Shown here in pieces: positions 23,546 to 29,453 of a DNA stretch of 59,767 nucleotides. Under the pieces are notes generated by a model. The model worked only from the letters and a program-made list of their open reading frames with translations, did no database searches and was not told the DNA's origin. Position 1 is the stretch's first letter; each line of letters starts with the position of its first letter. Location: assembly GCA_002419295.1 (NCBI GenBank), contig DIFW01000016.1:9043-68809 (forward strand), given 5' to 3'. Made by a program: the position numbers and the translations under genes. This DNA is from Patescibacteria group bacterium UBA5738 (GTDB lineage Bacteria; Patescibacteriota; Minisyncoccia; Minisyncoccales; UBA5738).

Positions 23546-25336
23546 ATGATGACGCAAAAAATCGTTAAATTTTTTTTGGTTTTGGCAATTGCTTTTTTTG
23601 GGGCCGGGGCGGTTTTTGCCGCCAGCGGTGATATTGATTCGACCGGTCGTTACGCGTGGACGGAAAACGCGGGCTGGCTTGATTTTGGTGCCAGCCAGGG
23701 AAATGTGCAGGTGGGCGACGCGGCGCTAACCGGTTATGCCTGGGGCGAAAATATCGGCTGGGTGTCGCTGAATTGCCTAAACACGGATTCTTGCGGCGCG
23801 GTGAGCTACGGGGTGGCAAACGACGGGAGCGGCAATCTTTCGGGTTATGCCTGGGGCGAAAATATCGGCTGGATAAATTTCACGCCGCCCGGCGGCGGGG
23901 TGAGTATCAATTCTTCGGGAGATTTTTCGGGCTACGCTTGGGGGCCGGAAATCGGCTGGATTGTTTTCAATTGCGCCGCTACCGATTCCTGCGCCAGCGT
24001 TGATTATAAAGTTAAAACCTTGTGGCGGGCGCAAACCGTGTCCGCGACTCCGTCAGTGCAAACCGGAGGCATTGCCGGGCAATATAATACCGCCTATATC
24101 AATGAACAAGCCTCAATGCCGGAAACACAAGTTTCAGCGCCGAAAAAAGAAACAAAATTGATTTTTGAGTGGCCGTGGAATTGGTTTGGCGATAAAAAAA
24201 CCGATACTGCCGCGCCGGCGCCGGCAACGCCGCCAAGCGAACCTGAAAGCATCCAACCCGATGATTTGTCCGCGGTTGAATTTGAAGTGGCGCCGCTTCC
24301 AAGCGAAGAAGCAAGGACCGTTCTTGAACAAAATCAAGAAAAATTTTCATTTTTGCCCGAATCGCTTTTTAGCTTTGCCCAAAAATTTCCCGAACTTTTC
24401 AAAGCTTTGCAAAAAACCGGCATTGAATTTGCCGCGGATCTTGCCAAGCTGAAAAACATATCGTTTAGCTTTGCCGGAATCGGCGAAAAATTGGGATTGG
24501 CCGCCGATGAATTGAGATTTGGCGCGATCTCATTTTTTGATTTGGCGCGAAACTATTACGAACGAATTCCCGTTGGAATTATTTTCGCGCGGACTGCCGG
24601 CGGCACCATTGATTTGCCGGTGAAAATTATCACTGATGAAAACGGCAACGTGTCGCAAAAAATTAATATTGTGGCGGCAAAACCGCTGGAATTGATCGTC
24701 AAGCCGGAGTTTCCGGCGCGGGTGGTGAAAGGCGTTATCGCATCGGCTTTGGCGGAAAATGAAACTCCCGACATTTTGTCCGAGTTTGACTATCAAGACG
24801 CGGGTAATGGTGTTTTTGCCGCCTCAATCATCGCGCCGCAAATTCGCGGCAAATACCATTTGATCGCCAAAATCGGCTATCGCGATCCCGAACAAGGTAT
24901 CGGGGAAATAAAAGTGAATTTGCTCATTGATCCCGAGGGCTATGTTTTTGAAAAATCCGGCGGCAAAGAAACAAGAATTCCCGGCGCGGCAGTGTCGCTT
25001 TTTTGGCAAAATCGTCAAACCGGCGCGTTTGAATTATGGCCGGCCGGCGATTATCAGCAGGAAAATCCGCAAATCACCGACGCCGCCGGTAATTACGCGT
25101 TTTTAGTCCCGCAAGGCAATTATTATCTGCAAGTTGAATCATCGGATTATGAAATTTACAAAAGCGGCCAATTTGAAGTGAAGACCGGCGCGGCGGTTCA
25201 TCAAAACATTGAGTTGAAAAAACGATTTTCTTGGCGTGGGTTGCTTTCTTGGGAATGGATGCTTTTTGCCGGATTGGTCGCCGCCGCGGCGCTGTCGGCG
25301 GTTAATTTCTTGCGCAACCGGCGGCCAAACCAATAA
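23546..25336 (+). CDS. Secreted GYAWGENIGW-repeat protein with carboxypeptidase-regulatory-like domain and C-terminal TM anchor
   Basis: It has a signal peptide and four (S/T)GYAW(G/T)ENIGW(I/V).(F/L)N repeats in aa 36-158. A PEGYVF...AAGNYAFLVPQGNYYLQV beta-sandwich-like domain and the C-terminal TM LFAGLVAAAALSAV follow. Confidence 0.75.
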   Translation: MMTQKIVKFFLVLAIAFFGAGAVFAASGDIDSTGRYAWTENAGWLDFGASQGNVQVGDAALTGYAWGENIGWVSLNCLNTDSCGAVSYGVANDGSGNLSGYAWGENIGWINFTPPGGGVSINSSGDFSGYAWGPEIGWIVFNCAATDSCASVDYKVKTLWRAQTVSATPSVQTGGIAGQYNTAYINEQASMPETQVSAPKKETKLIFEWPWNWFGDKKTDTAAPAPATPPSEPESIQPDDLSAVEFEVAPLPSEEARTVLEQNQEKFSFLPESLFSFAQKFPELFKALQKTGIEFAADLAKLKNISFSFAGIGEKLGLAADELRFGAISFFDLARNYYERIPVGIIFARTAGGTIDLPVKIITDENGNVSQKINIVAAKPLELIVKPEFPARVVKGVIASALAENETPDILSEFDYQDAGNGVFAASIIAPQIRGKYHLIAKIGYRDPEQGIGEIKVNLLIDPEGYVFEKSGGKETRIPGAAVSLFWQNRQTGAFELWPAGDYQQENPQITDAAGNYAFLVPQGNYYLQVESSDYEIYKSGQFEVKTGAAVHQNIELKKRFSWRGLLSWEWMLFAGLVAAAALSAVNFLRNRRPNQ

Positions 25337-25359
25337 TTATCGCGAATCCGGATGCGGTT

Positions 25360-25388
25360 TTGACATTTCAGGCGATGTTTGTTATGAT
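25360..25388 (+). promoter_or_regulatory. Near-consensus sigma70 promoter upstream of secE-nusG
   Basis: TTGACA (25360-65), a 17-nt spacer and TATGAT (25383-88) are present. Confidence 0.6.
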
Positions 25389-25461
25389 GCGATTGTGAAG
25401 CCCGCGGGGCTTTTTTAAGAGAGAGCGGCGGCTTCGCGCCGGTTTGCCATAAAATTATCAT

Positions 25462-25662
25462 ATGAGCATTATTGATGTTTCAATTAAATTTTTGAGAGAG
25501 TCGCGCGCGGAGATTAAAAAGATTAATTGGCTGGCGCGGCCGCAATTGGTCAATTATACGGTTTTGGTGATTGTCTTTATGGTTGCCACCGCCGCGTTTT
25601 TGGGTTCTTTGGACTGGGGTTTCGCTTATTTGTTGCAAAAATTCGTGATCAAAACCGAATAA
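25462..25662 (+). CDS. secE: Preprotein translocase subunit SecE
   Basis: This 66-aa protein has E(I/L)KK(I/V).W plus a single C-terminal TM segment. It lies immediately upstream of nusG. Confidence 0.85.
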   Translation: MSIIDVSIKFLRESRAEIKKINWLARPQLVNYTVLVIVFMVATAAFLGSLDWGFAYLLQKFVIKTE

Positions 25663-25702
25663 TTCTTTGTGTTTTTTGCTTTAAACTTTACGCTTTCAAA
25701 CT

Positions 25703-26248
25703 ATGCCAAAACAACAAATAATGCCCGAAAAAAATTGGTATGTAATTCATACTTATTCGGGCTATGAAGAAGCGGTGGCCAAAAACCTCAAACAAAGGAT
25801 TGAATCTTTGGGAATGGATGACAAGATATTTAATGTGATTGTTCCCAAAGAGAAAAAAATCAAGATAAAAGAGGGGAAGCGCAAAACCGTGGAAGAAAAA
25901 ATTTATCCCGGCTATATTCTGGTGGAAATGATTGTTACCGACGATTCGTGGTATGTGGTGAGAAACACCCCCAATGTAACGGGTTTTGTCGGGGCGGGAA
26001 CCACGCCGATTCCGGTTTCTTTGGAAGAAATCACCGAACTCAAGAAGCGAATGGAAATGTCTGAACCCGAATTTAATATTGAGGTTTCCGTCGGCGAATT
26101 GGTGAAAATTACCGACGGGCCGTTCAAGGATTCCGAAGCCAAAGTGTCGGAAATTGATCGCGAGCGGGGCAAAGTGAAGGTGCTGGTGTCAATGTTCGGT
26201 CGTGATACCCCGGTTGAACTGGATTCATTGCAAATCAAAAAAATCTAA
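25703..26248 (+). CDS. nusG: Transcription termination/antitermination factor NusG
   Basis: NWYVIHTYSGYEEAV, YPGYILVEM and the KOW region GELVKITDGPFKDSEAKV are present. Confidence 0.95.
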   Translation: MPKQQIMPEKNWYVIHTYSGYEEAVAKNLKQRIESLGMDDKIFNVIVPKEKKIKIKEGKRKTVEEKIYPGYILVEMIVTDDSWYVVRNTPNVTGFVGAGTTPIPVSLEEITELKKRMEMSEPEFNIEVSVGELVKITDGPFKDSEAKVSEIDRERGKVKVLVSMFGRDTPVELDSLQIKKI

Positions 26249-26386
26249 AGATATCTCAAATGTCAAATCCGATATCTCAAATCCATATCCAAAATCTTAT
26301 TATTCCGATGTATAACAATTAATCAGATAATAAGCTTTCAGATTGAAGATATGGCTATGACATTTAAGTTTTGAGATTTGACATAA
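26249..26386. repeat. Imperfect long inverted repeat plus three ATCTCAAA boxes in the nusG-rplK spacer
   Basis: The stems are 26260-69/26375-84 (10 bp) and 26283-89/26348-54 (7 bp). gatatctcaaat occurs twice in direct orientation (26249, 26271), and once inverted within ttttgagat. Confidence 0.45.
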
Positions 26387-26390
26387 TACT

Positions 26391-26813
26391 ATGGCAAAGA
26401 AAGTAAAAAAAATTTTAGTGCTTCAAATTCAGGCCGGCAAGGCTACGCCTGCGCCGCCGATCGGTCCCAGCTTGGCGCCTCACGGCATCAATTTGGCGGA
26501 ATTCGTCAAACAATTCAACGATATGAGCCGTCCGATGATGGGCTTCAAGGTGCCGGTGGAGATTACCGTTTACGAAGATCGCAGTTTTTCGTTGAAACTC
26601 AAACAGCCGCCGGCGTCCGAGCTTTTGAAAAAAGCGGCGGGGGTTGAGAAGGGATCGGCGCAACCCAACAAAAAAATCGTGGCCAAGATTACCAAGGCGC
26701 AATTAAAAAAGATCGCCGAGCAAAAAATGCCTGATCTTAACGCCGGCACGGTTGACGCCGCGATGAAAATCGTTGCCGGTACCGCCCGCAATATGGGCAT
26801 TGCCGTGGAGTAG
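26391..26813 (+). CDS. rplK: 50S ribosomal protein L11
   Basis: The N-terminus reads [33 protein letters not shown]. Confidence 0.97.
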   Translation: MAKKVKKILVLQIQAGKATPAPPIGPSLAPHGINLAEFVKQFNDMSRPMMGFKVPVEITVYEDRSFSLKLKQPPASELLKKAAGVEKGSAQPNKKIVAKITKAQLKKIAEQKMPDLNAGTVDAAMKIVAGTARNMGIAVE

Positions 26814-26815
26814 AA

Positions 26816-26880
26816 GTATATATTTAAATACGGATTTAAATAAGTATTTAAATAAGTATTTAAATAAGTATTTAAATACG
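26816..26880. repeat. Tandem TATTTAAAT-type repeat (aagtatttaaat x3 preceded by degenerate units)
   Basis: Read directly from the sequence. The 12-bp units span 26842-26877 and the palindrome tatttaaata lies at 26821-30. The core is the same as the repeat at 9426. Confidence 0.9.
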
Positions 26881-26904
26881 AACTGCCACAAGTGTTGAAT
26901 TTAA

Positions 26905-26928
26905 AGCCCCGCGCAAGCGGGGTTTTTG
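26905..26928 (+). terminator. Intrinsic terminator after rplK
   Basis: CCCCGC-gcaa-GCGGGG is followed by TTTTT. The 20-mer aaagccccgcgcaagcgggg recurs at 28238. Confidence 0.75.
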
Positions 26929-26940
26929 AATAAAAATTGC

Positions 26941-27066
26941 CTTGAATTACGAAACGCTTTGCATTTTGGGGTTGTTCCCCTGTGCTTGTCCCGAGGTAAT
27001 CCGAGGGATAACGCAGAGTTGCGACCCCCTCAATAGTATTTAAATTTGATGGTTTTGTAATTCGGA
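26941..27066 (+). other. Second element sharing the cttgaattacgaaac terminus
   Basis: cttgaattacgaaac (26941-55) is identical to 21823-37. An imperfect inverted partner gttttgtaattcgg lies near 27052-66, and the interior is unrelated to the first copy. Confidence 0.3.
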
Positions 27067-27104
27067 GAAATTGACAAATAATGGAAATTTGGCAAAATTA
27101 TAAT

Positions 27105-27323
27105 ATGAGTTATAAATTTACCACTATCACAATTAAAGAAGGCAAATGGTTCGTGATTCGTTGCGCGGAGCTGGGGGTTGTGAGCCAGGGAAAGACCGTC
27201 AAAGAAGCGCAAAAAAATATCAAAGAGGCGGTTGAGCTTTATTTGGAAGACAATCCGAACAGCAAAAAATATTTGTCTAAAAAAGAACCGGTAATTTCCA
27301 CCTTGGAACTGGAATATGCCTAA
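27105..27323 (+). CDS. hicB: HicB-family antitoxin (short form, RNase H-like fold only)
   Basis: MSYKFTTITIKEGKWFVIRCAELGVVSQGKTVKEAQKNIKEAVELYLED fits the UPF0150/HicB pattern. It overlaps hicA by 8 nt. Confidence 0.75.
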   Translation: MSYKFTTITIKEGKWFVIRCAELGVVSQGKTVKEAQKNIKEAVELYLEDNPNSKKYLSKKEPVISTLELEYA

Positions 27324-27545
27324 AAAGGTTTTTTCAGGCAAAGCCGTGATAAAAATTTTGTGCCGTTATTTTGGTTTTAAATTTGTATCGCAAAAAGGTA
27401 GTCATGTTAAGCTTGGCAAAATTATTGGTGGTAAAGAAATTGTCACAGTTGTGCCCTTGCATAAGAGCTGGCAATCGGAACTTTCAGGGGCGCATTGGAG
27501 CTGGCGCAGGTTGATTTGATCGATTTTTTGGAAAAAGCAAACTGA
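27316..27545 (+). pseudogene. hicA: HicA-family mRNA-interferase toxin with a 1-nt frameshift
   Basis: The in-frame part is MPKKVFSGKAVIKILCRYFGFKFVSQKGSHVKLGK...VTVVPLHK. The canonical C-terminus ELAIGTFRGALELAQVDLIDFLEKAN* is encoded in the +1 frame from about 27466 to 27545. Confidence 0.75.
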
Positions 27546-27693
27546 CTGAAAAATCAATTTTGGATATTTTGCATGAGGGCGGGTTTCGTGTCCGCCCCTT
27601 GCGTGTTTGAATAAAATGCGGGCGGACACAAGGCCCGCCTCTATGGATGCAAATTCATTTTGGTTTGTTTTTTGGTTATGTTATAAATAAACT

Positions 27694-27990
27694 ATGCGCA
27701 AGATCAATTTTATCAATGCAAAGAATTGGGCGAAATTGAACGCGATTTTCAAGGAATACGGCGTGGTCAAAGCCGCGGTTTTCGGGTCGTACGCGCGTGG
27801 CGAGCAAAAAAAGCGAAGCGACATTGATTTATTGGTGGAATTTGGCGGCGAGAAAAGTCTGCTTGATTTGGTGGGGCTTGGTTTTGATTTGGAGGGGATA
27901 TTTAAGAAAAAAGTGGATATCAATACTTATAATGCCTTGCATCCCATGTTGCGCGATTCAATTCTCAAAGATCAAGTGTTAATTTTTTGA
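27694..27990 (+). CDS. Nucleotidyltransferase-domain protein (MNT-type antitoxin)
   Basis: The motif is AAVFGSYARGEQKKRSDIDLLVEF, and a HEPN/DUF86 remnant follows 3 nt later. Confidence 0.85.
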   Translation: MRKINFINAKNWAKLNAIFKEYGVVKAAVFGSYARGEQKKRSDIDLLVEFGGEKSLLDLVGLGFDLEGIFKKKVDINTYNALHPMLRDSILKDQVLIF

Positions 27991-27992
27991 TT

Positions 27993-28233
27993 ATGGCGAT
28001 AAAAAAGAAAAATGAGCCGGAGTTTTATCTTGGCCATATTATACAAGCGGCGTGTGATATCGCTGAATATATTGGCGAATGCGATAAAAAATCGTTTGGT
28101 GCATGAATATTTCGTGGTTGATATGGGCTTGGCTTGGATTATGGCAAAAAACGATGTGCCTAATCTGAAAGAAAAAATCGCTTTAATAATGAGAAGTGAT
28201 TATGATGTTCGGCAAAAGAAATTATTAAAATAA
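27993..28233 (+). pseudogene. HEPN/DUF86 toxin remnant (internal deletion plus frame change)
   Basis: The N-terminal part MAIKKKNEPEFYLGHIIQAACDIAEYIGECDKKSF stops at 28106. The C-terminal part (A)IKNRLVHEYFVVDMGLAWIMAKNDVPNLKEKI is in another frame. The total is only about 80 codons. Confidence 0.7.
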
Positions 28234-28239
28234 ATGCAA

Positions 28240-28266
28240 AGCCCCGCGCAAGCGGGGAATTTTTGT
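28240..28266 (+). terminator. Intrinsic terminator (second copy of the CCCCGCgcaaGCGGGG hairpin)
   Basis: aaagccccgcgcaagcgggg (28238-57) is followed by aattttt. Confidence 0.65.
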
Positions 28267-28293
28267 TAAAAAAGAAAGGGGATGTTATTAATT

Positions 28294-28533
28294 TTACAAA
28301 CTTTTTAATTCTTGTAAAAATCCATATTTTTTAATTATTAGGAGCTCAATAGCCACACCGAGCACCATCCCAATAATAAATGTTTCATCCCCTTTTACCA
28401 AAACTAGCCATGAGAGCCCCATAATTGAGGCTCCCACGATTATTCCGGCGACACTCACAAGCCTTATGTTTTGGCTTCTTGCCGCGATGATGGCACCGAA
28501 TATCAGCACCATCTGCAATAATATTCCTTCCAA
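28294..28533 (-). CDS. Hypothetical small membrane protein
   Basis: This 79-aa ORF is strongly hydrophobic, with 2-3 TM segments, and has a non-ATG start. No homology was recognised. Confidence 0.35.
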   Translation of the reverse strand: MEGILLQMVLIFGAIIAARSQNIRLVSVAGIIVGASIMGLSWLVLVKGDETFIIGMVLGVAIELLIIKKYGFLQELKSL

Positions 28534-28624
28534 AATTTATCACCGTTTATTTAATATATGGAATTAATGGGTTTGTCAAGGTTGGCGGATATGATTAAAA
28601 AAGATATAATCAAGAATCATCGTT

Positions 28625-28716
28625 GCAGGGGTTGAACCCCTGCGATTATCCCGTGTTTTGGCATTAATTTTTGCGAGGGGCTAACCCTCGCGATTACATG
28701 AGGGATAGACCCTCGC
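28625..28716 (+). repeat. Three REP-like hairpins (GCAGGGGttgaaCCCCTGC, GCGAGGGgctaaCCCTCGC, GAGGGatagaCCCTC) upstream of dcd
   Basis: Read directly from the sequence at 28625-43, 28673-91 and 28700-14. The first two are each followed by GATTA. Confidence 0.8.
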
Positions 28717-28722
28717 AAAATT

Positions 28723-29292
28723 ATGATTCTATCCGACACTGATATTCGGCGGTATATGGCCGAGGGGAAAATCAAGATCGATCCGGCGCCGGTTTTTGAA
28801 GATCAGCTTGGGCCGTGCTCGCTTGATCTGTCTTTGGGGAACAATTTCAAGATGTTTCGGCCGTCGAATTACGCGTTTATCGATGTTAAAAACAATTATA
28901 ACGGCGAACTGATGGAAGAAGTGATCGTGGGCGACGGGTCGCCGTTCATTATTCAGCCGCGGGAATTTGTGATCGCGGTGACCAAAGAAACCATCACTTT
29001 ATCGCCGGATTTGATGGGGCGGCTTGACGGTCGGTCGTCTTTGGGGCGGTTGGGGCTGGTGGTGCATTCCACCGCGGCAAGGTTTGACCCGGGCTGGACG
29101 GGCAAGGCGGTAATGGAATTCGGCAATCTGGGCATTCGCCCGATAATTTTGTATGCCGGAATGAGAATTTGCGCCATGACCTTTGAAACGCTTTCGTCTC
29201 CTTCGGGGATACCTTATTTAAAACAAAAAGACCATAAATACGCGGGACAATCGGGCGCGGTGGCCAGCAAAATCACGGAAGAACCGAAATAG
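28723..29292 (+). CDS. dcd: dCTP deaminase
   Basis: MILSDTDIRRYMAEGKIKIDP and GRSSLGRLGL are present, typical of the dCTP deaminase/dUTPase fold. Confidence 0.92.
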   Translation: MILSDTDIRRYMAEGKIKIDPAPVFEDQLGPCSLDLSLGNNFKMFRPSNYAFIDVKNNYNGELMEEVIVGDGSPFIIQPREFVIAVTKETITLSPDLMGRLDGRSSLGRLGLVVHSTAARFDPGWTGKAVMEFGNLGIRPIILYAGMRICAMTFETLSSPSGIPYLKQKDHKYAGQSGAVASKITEEPK

Positions 29293-29304
29293 CAAACTAA
29301 ATTC

Positions 29305-29450
29305 GAAGCACGAATATTCGAATATTCGAAACAAATTCGAATGTCCAAATTTTCAAATATCGAAACAAAAACTGCATTTTTGTTTGGAATATTTAAATTT
29401 TTTAAATTTGAAAATTGTTTCGGATTTCGATATTCGGATTTCGTGCTTAA
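29305..29450. repeat. Compound AT-rich inverted repeat of about 145 nt (long imperfect hairpin) between dcd and thyX
   Basis: The outer arms are aagcacgaa...cgaatat...cgaaacaa and ttgtttcg...gatattcg...ttcgtgctt. The inner stem is aaacaaaaa-ctgca-tttttgttt. Confidence 0.7.
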
Positions 29451-29453
29451 AAG

